DNA of 22,815 nucleotides from NCBI GenBank assembly GCA_026991575.1, contig JALXBF010000016.1, positions 62,001-84,815 of the forward strand, given 5' to 3'. The notes under the pieces are model-generated. The model saw nothing but the letters and a program-made list of their open reading frames with translations, was not told the origin of the DNA and made no database searches. This document shows positions 1 to 8,573 of this stretch, piece by piece. The stretch is from Planctomycetota bacterium (GTDB lineage Bacteria > Planctomycetota > Planctomycetia > JALXBF01). The translations under genes and the position numbers were made by a program. Positions within the stretch are counted from its first letter, which is position 1. Every line of letters starts with the position of its first letter.

Positions 1-158
1 GCCAGCAAGCTGCCGGACAGACCGGTGATGAGAAGCCTGCCGAATGAGCGGCAGCTGTACGGTAGCTGGCCGCCAGCCGCACCGCCCAGGCTGCTCTGCT
101 GCGGCCGGCTGCTGAAGATGAGCACCGCAGGTTGTCGACGCCAGGGCGGGATGAGGCC

Positions 159-587
159 ATGACCGACGACAGTTGCGTTTTCTGCAAGATCGTTGCCGGT
201 GAAATCCCCGCAGCCGTGGTCTGGGACTCGCCATGGGCTGTGGCGTTTCTGGACATCAACCCGGCCGCTCCTGGCCACGTACTCTTGGTGCTCCGGGAAC
301 ACTACGAGCAGCTGACCGCGGTACCCGGTAGCCTGCTGTCGGCGGCCCTCGGGGAGTTGCCCAAACTGGCGCAGGCCGTGATTTCGGCTACTGGCGCTCA
401 GGGGCTCAACCTGTTGCAGAACAACGGCCGTGTTGCCGGCCAGGTGATTCCTCATGTGCACTTCCACCTGATTCCCCGTAACGAGGGCGATCGTGTGACG
501 GTGGGCTGGCGGCAAGGAACTTATGAGACGCCCGAAGAGATGAACCGCATGGCAGAGCGAATCCGTGCGGCGCTGGCCGGCGCCTGA
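159..587 (+). CDS. HIT (histidine triad) family nucleotide hydrolase, HinT-like
   Basis: N-terminal CVFCKI motif, AFLDINP..PGHVL, and the HIT motif HVHFHLIPR. ATG at 159 follows GAGG and is preferred over the ORF-track start at 132. Confidence 0.93.
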   Translation: MTDDSCVFCKIVAGEIPAAVVWDSPWAVAFLDINPAAPGHVLLVLREHYEQLTAVPGSLLSAALGELPKLAQAVISATGAQGLNLLQNNGRVAGQVIPHVHFHLIPRNEGDRVTVGWRQGTYETPEEMNRMAERIRAALAGA

Positions 588-685
588 GACACGCGAACCG
601 CCGCGCACTGGTGCTTGGCGGTTCGGGCCTAACGGTTGCCCTTAGCCGCTCGCGTCTTCGCTGTTGGATCGTACGGGAGAACCCG

Positions 686-1855
686 ATGGCGGAATGGTTT
701 CAGAAGGCGCGGCGTTTGCAACAGCTGCCGCCCTACCTGTTCACCGAAATTGATCGTAAGAAGCTCGAGGCGATCCGCGCTGGTCGCGACGTGATCAACC
801 TGGGCGTGGGGGATCCGGACCTGCCGACACCTGAACCAATCGTTGCCAGTCTTCAGAAGCATGTTACCAATCCGGCCTTTCATCGGTATGCTCTGGACCA
901 AGGAGCGCCGGAATTTCGCGCTGCGGTTGCACGCTGGTTTGAACGCCGCTACGGCGTGAAGCTCGATCCGGAGCGTGAGGTCCTGGCACTGATCGGCTCC
1001 AAAGACGGCATCGCGCACCTGCCGCTCGGTGTCGTCGACCCGGGCGACGTCGTACTGATTCCCGATCCGGCTTATCCGGGCTACCTGCCATTCAGCCGGT
1101 TTGCCGGAGCCGAGGTGCATCGACTCGAACTGCACGAGCAGAACGGGTTCTTGCCGGATCTTGACGCGGTGCACGAACGGCTCTGGGAGCGGTGCAAGCT
1201 CGTTTACCTCAACTTCCCGAACAATCCCACGGCGGCCATTGCCCCGATCGACTTTTACGCCAGGCTGGTCGAGCTTGCCCACCGCTATCGGTTCATCATC
1301 GCTCAGGATGCCGCCTACGCGGAAATCTACTTCGCGGACCGACCGGCAAGCATCCTCGAAGTGGACGGTGCCAGGGACGTAGCCATCGAGTTCCACTCGT
1401 TTTCCAAGACGTTCAACATGGCCGGCTGGCGACTGGGCTTCGCCGTCGGTGCGCCTGATGTGCTGGCGGCACTGGCTCAAGTGAAGTCCAACTGCGACAG
1501 CGGCGTATTCACGGCGATCCAGTTTGCCGGTATCGACGCGCTTGAGCAGTACGAGGCGCTGACCGAGCCACTGCGAGCAACCTATCGACGACGCCGTGAC
1601 ACGCTGGTCGACGGCCTGGCCCGGCTTGGCTGGCAGCTGCACGTTCCTCAAGCGACGTTCTACGTCTGGGCCCGCGTGCCCGGGGGAATCTCTTCGACCG
1701 ATCTGGCCAGCCGACTCTTGGACGAGGCCGACATTGTGGTGACGCCCGGCGTCGGTTTCGGCCGCTGTGGTGAGGGCTACGTGCGCATGGCGCTGACCGT
1801 GCCGGACCACCGGCTCAGCGAAGCCGTAGAGCGGATTGCCCGACTGAAACTCTAA
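686..1855 (+). CDS. dapL: PLP-dependent class I/II aminotransferase, likely LL-diaminopimelate aminotransferase
   Basis: LPPYLF, INLGVGDPDLPTP, LIGSKDGIAHLP, NFPNNPT, DAAYAE and the PLP-lysine motif FHSFSKTFNMAGWRLG. ATG at 686 follows GGGAGA. Substrate assignment is from family resemblance. Confidence 0.8.
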   Translation: MAEWFQKARRLQQLPPYLFTEIDRKKLEAIRAGRDVINLGVGDPDLPTPEPIVASLQKHVTNPAFHRYALDQGAPEFRAAVARWFERRYGVKLDPEREVLALIGSKDGIAHLPLGVVDPGDVVLIPDPAYPGYLPFSRFAGAEVHRLELHEQNGFLPDLDAVHERLWERCKLVYLNFPNNPTAAIAPIDFYARLVELAHRYRFIIAQDAAYAEIYFADRPASILEVDGARDVAIEFHSFSKTFNMAGWRLGFAVGAPDVLAALAQVKSNCDSGVFTAIQFAGIDALEQYEALTEPLRATYRRRRDTLVDGLARLGWQLHVPQATFYVWARVPGGISSTDLASRLLDEADIVVTPGVGFGRCGEGYVRMALTVPDHRLSEAVERIARLKL

Positions 1856-1868
1856 GACGACTCGGCCC

Positions 1869-2909
1869 GTGGCTGAACACGAGGTTTTCCTCGGACTAGG
1901 ATCGAACCTGGGCAACCGCGCTGTCAATCTCCGCGCGGCGATCAACCGCTTGGCTGCCGAAGCCGGCCAACTGCTTGCTGCCAGCGCGTTCCACCAGACA
2001 CGACCCGTCGGACCACCGGGACAGAGGCCCTATCTGAACGCATGCGTCTCGTTACGTACCGAGCTTGACCCCCAGGAACTAGCTGCCGTGATCGCCCGGA
2101 TTGAACGATCGCTCGGGCGGGTGCGCACCGAACGGTGGGGGGCTCGTACGATCGACATCGACGTCCTGCTCTGGAGCGACCAATGGGTAAGCTTACCAGA
2201 GCTGACCGTGCCGCATCCGTGGTTGCCGGCGCGCCGATTCGTGCTCGAACCGCTTGCTGAGATAGCTCCCCTGAAACGGCACCCGTGCGGCTGGTCAATT
2301 GTCGAGCAACGGGATCGACTCAGACGCCGGCCCCTCTACATCGCACTGACCGGCCCGCTCGGAGTGGGCAAGACGACCGCGGCGCAGCATTTTGCCCGGG
2401 AGGTGGGAGCGCTGTTCGTGCGCGAGGAGTTCGACGAAGCCGAGCTGGCACGCGTGTACCGGGGCGATCACGCAGCGGCGCGCCGCGTCCAGGATTGGTT
2501 TGCCGATAGCAGACGCAAACTTTTGGCACGCGACCGGCTTGCCCACGTCAATGCCACGGTGATCATCAGCGATTTCTGGTTCGGGCAGTCCTATCCGTAC
2601 GCTCTGGCGGAACTCGCGCCCGAAGAGGCCGCCAGCCATCGTCAGCGTCTGGAGAGTCTCTTGCCGGAGGTGTATGAGCCGACCGTGGTCGTGCTCCTGG
2701 ACGCACCGCCGGAGGAACTGGCTCGGCGTGTTCGGCGCCGCGGTCGTGCCGCGGAAGCGACCGTCACCATCGAGTTCCTGAGCAGGCTCCGCGCCTGCTT
2801 CTTCGAAACGCTGCGCACGCCACCGGCGCCGCCAAGCATCACCTTGCCTGCCACCGACGTCGACTCATTGCAGCGTCACCTCCTGTATCTGCTCGAAAGC
2901 ATGCTGTAA
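1869..2909 (+). CDS. folK: 2-amino-4-hydroxy-6-hydroxymethyldihydropteridine diphosphokinase (HPPK) fused to a C-terminal deoxynucleoside-kinase-like P-loop domain
   Basis: N-half: LGLGSNLG, YLNAC, RWGARTIDIDVL, LTVPHP..RRFVLEPLAEIAP. C-half: YIALTGPLGVGKTT P-loop and RVRRRGRAAE lid motif of dNK/NMP kinases. Confidence 0.9.
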   Translation: MAEHEVFLGLGSNLGNRAVNLRAAINRLAAEAGQLLAASAFHQTRPVGPPGQRPYLNACVSLRTELDPQELAAVIARIERSLGRVRTERWGARTIDIDVLLWSDQWVSLPELTVPHPWLPARRFVLEPLAEIAPLKRHPCGWSIVEQRDRLRRRPLYIALTGPLGVGKTTAAQHFAREVGALFVREEFDEAELARVYRGDHAAARRVQDWFADSRRKLLARDRLAHVNATVIISDFWFGQSYPYALAELAPEEAASHRQRLESLLPEVYEPTVVVLLDAPPEELARRVRRRGRAAEATVTIEFLSRLRACFFETLRTPPAPPSITLPATDVDSLQRHLLYLLESML

Positions 2910-2939
2910 CACCCATCGGGGCCGCACGTCCGACGGGTG
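2910..2939 (+). terminator. Stem-loop directly after the folK stop codon; possible terminator
   Basis: CACCCATCGG (2910-2919) pairs with CCGACGGGTG (2930-2939), 9/10 bp. No U-tract follows. Confidence 0.35.
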
Positions 2940-2946
2940 GTCGGCT

Positions 2947-3066
2947 TGCTTCAAACGGGCGGCCAGCGTTCTTCAAATGGGTGGCTTGGCCCGGGCGGAC
3001 GGGCGGCGTGCTCAAAACGGACGGGGAACCTGCTTCAGACGGGCAGGGGGTGCTTTACGCGCGCCT
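2947..3066 (+). repeat. Degenerate tandem direct repeats, consensus TGCTTCAAACGGGCGG, mostly 22-bp period
   Basis: Units at 2947 TGCTTCAAACGGGCGG, 2969 TTCTTCAAATGGGTGG, 2991 (only the 3' ACGGGCGG half), 3009 TGCTCAAAACGGACGG, 3031 TGCTTCAGACGGGCAG and 3051 TGCTTTAC (partial). Confidence 0.7.
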
Positions 3067-3150
3067 GGCCTGCGCGTTGGAGTGCCCGTTCAGCGAGGTG
3101 GAAGTTCTCGTCAGGGTTTGGCCTGGCCCCAGTAGCCGACGGTAACTGCG

Positions 3151-3392
3151 TGCTTGCGAGGCGGCGTGAAGAGCAACAACCTCGCCGAGAGGACGGGCGA
3201 ATCAACTCGGCAGCTTGCGTGAATGGGCGGGAGGGGGGCTTCATGCCCCCCTCCAGCAAGGTTGATGGATAGCGGCGGCGCATCCACCAAAGTCTTGTGT
3301 TTTCCGAGGCGCGGGCAGGTCGATCCCGCCCGCGGGCCGGGTGGCGCGATTCCCTCGGGCCGTCGGCGAGCGCAATCAGATTTCGCTGCGGT
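3151..3392 (+). repeat. Dispersed structured non-coding repeat element, copy 1 (most complete)
   Basis: 3183-3248 matches 15045-15110 at 52/66 ungapped. 3310-3360 matches the reverse complement of 15273-15323 at 46/51. Hairpins: GGAGGGGGGC-TTCAT-GCCCCCCTCC (3230-3254) and CGCGGGCAGG-TCGAT-CCCGCCCGCG (3310-3334). Confidence 0.85.
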
Positions 3393-3495
3393 TCCGGCCC
3401 GGCTGCAACGCTGAGCTGCACCGACGAGCCCTCGTGCTCTCAAGCCGTCCAAGCTTGGAACGGGCCGACCTGCCGCTCAACAACAAACACACCGC

Positions 3496-5631
3496 CTACG
3501 GCTGGTCGGACCAGATCGACTTCACTCGCCAGACGGTCAGCCGCTCGAGCCGGGCTCGGCCGCCCGTGGCATAGGCCTCCAGAACTGGCGGTCCATCGGC
3601 AACAAGCACTCCCACCGGCATGTACACCGCACCATCCTGAGCGAAGATCTCGATCGAGCCGCGGTCGACGAGCAGCTCCATCTGGATGGCGCCATCCGTC
3701 TCAGGCAGAGGCGCGACGTTGCCGTGGCAATGCAGTTGGCGTTTCCGCACATCAACGGTGACCGAAACCCCTCGGACCATGAGGCCGACTTCGGTTGCGT
3801 CGCCGGGATGGAAGCGGGCGGTGATGTGCCACAGGCGACCTGGAGCGCGAACGCGGTACCCGGCACCTGGCCGTAGCTTGACCGCCTGGACGGTGGTGCT
3901 CTCAGCGTGCAGCCGTTCGATCTCCCTCACAGGCCGTGCACACAGCCGAAGCTGGCCTTCAACCCGCCGGAGGGTGAGCTCCACGGGGAAGGTCATCATC
4001 TGATTGAACGGCATGCCGGGGAAGTTCATCCGGCCCCAGGCAATCTGGACCCGGCGACCGTCCGGGACATTGCTGAACGTCTGTGACGCATAGAAGCAAT
4101 TGCCGAAGTTGTAGCGCTGCTTCGGCACCTCTACCCGGAAGCGTTCCCCGTCGAAATGGCCGATGACGTAGGCACCATCGGCCCCGTATGCGATCCAGCG
4201 CCGCTCGCCGGAACTTCCCTCCACGGGCAGTTCGAACAGTTCCGGGCATTCATAGAAGCCTTCGATGCGACTGGAGAACCGCCAGTGCTTCAGATCCCGC
4301 GACCGGTAGAACGCAATCCACCGTTTTCCCTGAAATTCGTCGTAGACTGCCATCACCCAGTGCCGACCCGGGGCATACCAGACCAGCCGGGGATCGCGGC
4401 CACGGTGCCGAACCACAGGGTTCCCCTCGTACTCGCGGAATGTCCGGCCACCATCCAGGCTGTAAGCGATGCATTCACCGCGGCCGGTACTGGTGTAGGC
4501 GACCACGAGCGGAGGATTGTCCGCAGATCCCCATCCGGAGGTGTTCTGGTGATCCACAACCGCGCTCCCGGAAAAGCACCAGTCACCGTAACGGCGGGGG
4601 TATAGGGCGATGCCCAACTCACGCCAGTGCACCAGATCCTTGCTGACGGCATAGCCCCAGTGCATGTTGCCCCAACGCGTGCCGTACGGATTGTGCTGGT
4701 AGAAGAGATGGTAGACTCCCCGGTGATAGACCAGGCCGTTGGGATCGTTATTCCAGCCACGACGTGTGGTGAAGCGAAACTGGGGGCGGTAGCGTTCCCG
4801 GTAGAGGGTGTCCTCGTCGACCAGCCTGTCGGCCTGGTGAATCAAGCCGAAGCCCTTCAGGTCGATGTCTGCGTCCACAGCGGGCATTTCGATGATCACC
4901 TGCTGGCCGCGGAACGGTCTCAGATCCATGAAGACCCAGTAATCCACGGTGTCCTCCGCCAACCGAATGTCGAACTCCCGGGCAACACGGCCATCGGCAA
5001 GCACTCGCATACGCCGTCGTGGAACGTCCCGCTGAACCGGCAGGTTCAAGTACCTGCGCGTAGCTTTGATTTCTCTTCTCAAAGCGCGCACGGCAGGCCG
5101 ATCGCTCTGCACGATGTGGTCCACGTTGATGTGTCCCCAGCCACCTGTTGCCCGGTCGAGGATTTCAATGCGTGCCTCTTTGCCTTCGAATTCCGACACG
5201 TCCCAGGTGTGCCAGTTCAGCCTTTCTGAACCGCCGGGTCGCGTGTTCGGCCCGGTGGCAGTGCGGACGACGCGGCCGTCGACAATCAGATTGATACACG
5301 TCTTGCCCCGGTATCCACCGCCACCGATCAGAAAGTGAATGAACCGCCGCTGAATCACGAACGACGGTGATACCAGTCGGCCCGTGCTGCGGTCGCCACC
5401 GTAGAAGGAATTCACCAGACGCTTACCACGGTACCCGCTGACGGGCATCTGCCCAGGCAGCGTCCCACGGGCAGGTCCGGGACCAAACGCGGTCCCTTCC
5501 ACCTGCCATGGGCCGTAGTCTTCCGACTCGAAGTCGGCAATCAGCAGGTCGGGCCGTTCGCCGACTGGATACAGCCCGCGGTTCATCGCACCGGTGAGCA
5601 GCGACAGGGCGACTAGCGTTGCCACTGGCAT
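3496..5631 (-). CDS. Secreted glycoside hydrolase family 32 (levanase/beta-fructosidase-like) with N-terminal accessory beta-domains
   Basis: GH32 catalytic motifs GWNNDPNGL, YHLFYQHNP, MHWGYAVSKDLVHW, FSGSAVVD, RDP and YECPELF. Hydrophobic N-terminus; GAGG upstream of the ATG. Confidence 0.93.
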   Translation of the reverse strand: MPVATLVALSLLTGAMNRGLYPVGERPDLLIADFESEDYGPWQVEGTAFGPGPARGTLPGQMPVSGYRGKRLVNSFYGGDRSTGRLVSPSFVIQRRFIHFLIGGGGYRGKTCINLIVDGRVVRTATGPNTRPGGSERLNWHTWDVSEFEGKEARIEILDRATGGWGHINVDHIVQSDRPAVRALRREIKATRRYLNLPVQRDVPRRRMRVLADGRVAREFDIRLAEDTVDYWVFMDLRPFRGQQVIIEMPAVDADIDLKGFGLIHQADRLVDEDTLYRERYRPQFRFTTRRGWNNDPNGLVYHRGVYHLFYQHNPYGTRWGNMHWGYAVSKDLVHWRELGIALYPRRYGDWCFSGSAVVDHQNTSGWGSADNPPLVVAYTSTGRGECIAYSLDGGRTFREYEGNPVVRHRGRDPRLVWYAPGRHWVMAVYDEFQGKRWIAFYRSRDLKHWRFSSRIEGFYECPELFELPVEGSSGERRWIAYGADGAYVIGHFDGERFRVEVPKQRYNFGNCFYASQTFSNVPDGRRVQIAWGRMNFPGMPFNQMMTFPVELTLRRVEGQLRLCARPVREIERLHAESTTVQAVKLRPGAGYRVRAPGRLWHITARFHPGDATEVGLMVRGVSVTVDVRKRQLHCHGNVAPLPETDGAIQMELLVDRGSIEIFAQDGAVYMPVGVLVADGPPVLEAYATGGRARLERLTVWRVKSIWSDQP

Positions 5632-5699
5632 GGTTCCTCAATCCCCGGTTGCTTCGGTCTATGAGAGCTAAGTCTCAGAATACCCGACGCGCTGACCGA

Positions 5700-5727
5700 T
5701 TGCTCGAATGAGTGGGTATGCTAGAAT
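5700..5727 (+). promoter_or_regulatory. Putative sigma70-type promoter for the 5832 gene
   Basis: TTGCTC (5700-5705), a 16-bp spacer, and an extended -10 TG-C-TAGAAT (5719-5727) in the divergent intergenic region. Confidence 0.45.
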
Positions 5728-5831
5728 CGTTGAGTTCGATGGTTCTGGCGGGGGGAGCGAGGAACGACTCGTGGACCGGGTCGGAAAGGACGGTCCTTTG
5801 CGTGCGGTGGGTCTGACTGGGGGAGCGCGCC

Positions 5832-6233
5832 ATGAGCGTGGAGATGCAGTGCCCGCGGTGTGCAGGCCGGCTTCGCGTGACAGACGAGCTATTGGGCAGG
5901 CTGGTGCAGTGCCCCCACTGCAGCCATCAGTTCGTCGCTGGTGCTCGGGTTCCGCCACCGCCAGTGCAGCCTGTGGTGGCCGACCACATGTACTCGCGTC
6001 CGGAGAGCGACAGATCGGCCGTCACCTCGCTAGTGCTTGGATGCATCGGGATGGTGGCCTGGTGCATTCCGATCATAGGTCTGCCCATCACGATCATCGG
6101 CCTGGTCATGGGCATCAAGGGGTTGGATGGACCGTCACGCGGCATGGCCGTAGCTGGCACCGTTCTCAGCGGGATCGGCCTGGCCCTGAGTGTGATTAAC
6201 ATGGTCCTCGGGATTATGATTGCGCTTTCGTAG
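5832..6233 (+). CDS. Zinc-ribbon plus DUF4190-like two-TM membrane protein
   Basis: CPRC...CPHC zinc ribbon, Pro-rich linker, AVTSLVLGCIG...IIGLVMGIKGL...GMAVAGTVLSGIGL. GGGAG RBS. Confidence 0.8.
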   Translation: MSVEMQCPRCAGRLRVTDELLGRLVQCPHCSHQFVAGARVPPPPVQPVVADHMYSRPESDRSAVTSLVLGCIGMVAWCIPIIGLPITIIGLVMGIKGLDGPSRGMAVAGTVLSGIGLALSVINMVLGIMIALS

Positions 6234-6404
6234 CACATTGCAGCGCTGCCCTAGAGGGGACGGGGAGCTCGACGGTGATCGAGACGATAACCCCCTGGAG
6301 GTGTTGCTCCCCGGAAGTTGCGTTGCAGCCCGCCTATGGGCAGGTTCGGGACGACCCTCCGGGCCGTCCGGGTGTAGGTCGTGCTGGCGACGGCTGACCG
6401 CCGG

Positions 6405-8540
6405 CTATGGGGCTGTCGACTTCCCCGCCAGCTCGGCGACTTCGCCCCCCGTCAATGGACGGTCGAACAGGGCGATCTCATCCAGACGACCTTCCCAATT
6501 GGACGCGGCGTCACTGCGCCCTCCGATAAACCACTGGTCCAGTCCGGCCCATACAATGGGCACGTCGTCCGCTTCGATATCCAGCTTGCCATCCAGATAG
6601 ACGCGCAGCTTGTGGCCGTCGCGGATGAGCACGACGTGGTGCCAGCGCCACCGTTGCAGCCGGCCGCTGCCGAAGTACCGCTTGCCGCCACGTTCCGTAC
6701 CGGCCAGGTAGACTAGCTGACCCGCACGAGGTCCTGCACCCACCACACCCAGGTGTTCGCTGTAGGCCGGCAACCCTCGGTCCCAGCCGCGCGAGTAGAA
6801 CCAGCCGGCAATCGGCCGCACGCCCAGCGGCATGCCGTTCCAGACCCACAGCGACACGCTGTAGCGGTCGTTCCTGACGGGCAGGCGAAACCGCAGCCGG
6901 CCACCGGCGAACATGGCCGCTCGATTGGCGCCGGACGCAGCGAATCCTTCCGGGCCTTCCAGGTAGAAGACGACACCGAGTTCGTACGTGCCCAGCGACC
7001 GGCCGGTGATGTGATCGATCGCTTCCGGCCCGGCAAACTCGTCGGCTCGGAACCATGCTACAGGCCGGAGCCGGGCGGTAGCTTTTGCCAGCGGCCCAAA
7101 CGGCGGCCGGTCTAGCCAACGCGGTTGACCGGCCAGTTCTTCCAGCATTTCGATCACCGCCTGGGTAATGCGCGGCTCAGCCGTGACCTCCAGCCCGGCG
7201 GACCGTGCCGGCCAGGTGTTGTAGCCGCCCAGGTAGTGCTGTTCGGGGGGTGGCAGGTAGCCGTCGGCTCCGTTGGTCAGATCGAGCACCACGGTGTGCG
7301 GGAACGGGCTGGCGGCCTTGATCTTCAGCGACGTGATCGCGTAGGTCTCGGTGGGCGTCGTTGCGATCGCGATCTGTCCGATGCGAATCGCCTGGACCAC
7401 CACCTCTGTCTGTTGCCACTGGTTCAGGTAGATCTGTTCGCGTGCGTACACCTCTTCGCGCGTCTTCGGCGGACGGTCCCCCATGGCGGCCACGATTCGC
7501 TTGGCCCACTCCAGCCGCTGTCTGTCCGGCACCCGGTAGCGCATCGGCAGGCGTCGTTCTCTGGCATCGATGGCTACGTCGTCCTCGTAGCGTACTGCGG
7601 ACAGCCCGCTGAGCGCTCGTTCCGCCAGGGCGCGAGCGTACTGGTCGATTGTGGGGAATGGGTCCCACTGGTCCGGGGGCAGGAAGTAGTCTCGGCGCCA
7701 GATGTCGCCGCTGCAGCCGTGTGCCATGATGGCGACGAACTCCGAGTCGCCTCCGAGCCGCCGTTCGATCTGATCGCAGAACAGGCCGAAGTAGTCCGGA
7801 CTGATGGCCGGAGCGCCGTAGTAGTGCATGGAGAATGCGGCCAGCAGAGCCAGCGGTTTGCCATCGGCCGTTTGCACGCTGATCAACGACAGCTCAGGGT
7901 CCTCCGGTCCGGTCGGGCCGGTGGCGTGGTCCTTATTCCGCGCAACATGCATGTTCGCGCGCACCGTGGGGTTGCCAAACGGATCGAGCTGGACCAGATC
8001 AGGCCGAAGCACCCAGCGGCGCAGGGCGGTGAATTCCGGTGCCTGAACGCTGGCGTAGCCGATACGGGCTGGCCTCAGGTTAGCGACCGCGGCACAGATG
8101 ACCTGGACCAGCTTCTCCTTCAAGAACGGGACATAGTTTGCATCCGCGTCCGTACCCAGGCACGCGAAGGCCGACGGTACGCTGTGAGCGTGGGTAGCGC
8201 CGATCGCAATGTGGTCGGGCGGCACGCCGCATTGCTTGCGTGCACGCTCTTTCACTTCGTCCAACAGATCACGTGGCATCATGCAGCTGTCCACGGTCAC
8301 CAGCACGACGACGTCGTCAGCCGCAGCCAGGGCGAGAGCCCGCGCGTAGATTCGCCCGTAGACCTTCTCTGACGAGCGGCTGAGCATGCCGCCGTTGATC
8401 AGGACCGGCAGTTTCTCCGGCGTCACGTCCACCTTCGCGGCTCCTGCCCGTAGCGGTTCGGCGGAGGTGGGCCGGTCCAGGGCGGTAGCCGTCAGAACGA
8501 TGCTTGTGGCGAGGACAGCCAGCAGCGGTTGCCTGATCAT
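6405..8540 (-). CDS. Secreted neutral/alkaline-ceramidase-like hydrolase with C-terminal LamG/ConA-like domain
   Basis: Signal peptide, LRAGAAKVDVTP, IGATHAHSVP, ISPDYFG, GCSGD, GYLPPPEQHYLGGY. C-terminal RWHHVVLIRDG..RVYLDG...FIGG...WEGRLDEIALFDRPLT is typical of LamG. Confidence 0.8.
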   Translation of the reverse strand: MIRQPLLAVLATSIVLTATALDRPTSAEPLRAGAAKVDVTPEKLPVLINGGMLSRSSEKVYGRIYARALALAAADDVVVLVTVDSCMMPRDLLDEVKERARKQCGVPPDHIAIGATHAHSVPSAFACLGTDADANYVPFLKEKLVQVICAAVANLRPARIGYASVQAPEFTALRRWVLRPDLVQLDPFGNPTVRANMHVARNKDHATGPTGPEDPELSLISVQTADGKPLALLAAFSMHYYGAPAISPDYFGLFCDQIERRLGGDSEFVAIMAHGCSGDIWRRDYFLPPDQWDPFPTIDQYARALAERALSGLSAVRYEDDVAIDARERRLPMRYRVPDRQRLEWAKRIVAAMGDRPPKTREEVYAREQIYLNQWQQTEVVVQAIRIGQIAIATTPTETYAITSLKIKAASPFPHTVVLDLTNGADGYLPPPEQHYLGGYNTWPARSAGLEVTAEPRITQAVIEMLEELAGQPRWLDRPPFGPLAKATARLRPVAWFRADEFAGPEAIDHITGRSLGTYELGVVFYLEGPEGFAASGANRAAMFAGGRLRFRLPVRNDRYSVSLWVWNGMPLGVRPIAGWFYSRGWDRGLPAYSEHLGVVGAGPRAGQLVYLAGTERGGKRYFGSGRLQRWRWHHVVLIRDGHKLRVYLDGKLDIEADDVPIVWAGLDQWFIGGRSDAASNWEGRLDEIALFDRPLTGGEVAELAGKSTAP

Positions 8541-8573
8541 GGGCGTCGACTCCCGGTGGCTCTGGGCAGTTCT

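Noticed and set aside
1..47. Possible 3' end of an upstream gene (frame 3, ...GDEKPAE-stop)
   Set aside because: Too short to support or identify.
2947..3066. CRISPR array
   Set aside because: Units are ~16 bp, degenerate and separated by only 2-6 bp. There are no spacer-length unique sequences and no cas genes.
3261..3274. TTGAT core as an IS200/IS605 target or TnpB TAM; G-rich hairpin as a group II intron 3' end
   Set aside because: Homology continues on both sides of TTGAT, no tnpA/tnpB or reverse transcriptase is present, and no domain V motif is recognisable.
3035..3452. ORFs over the repeat element (e.g. 3035-3421, 14955-15359, 14981-15292) that resemble each other
   Set aside because: The similarity comes from the DNA repeat. 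Substitutions lack third-position bias, frames are not conserved between copies, and the products are R/P/G-rich.
629..8372. Long antisense ORFs (629-1945, 4627-5229, 7125-8372; also 14350-15126)
   Set aside because: Shadow frames of well-supported genes on the opposite strand in GC-rich DNA, with no motifs.
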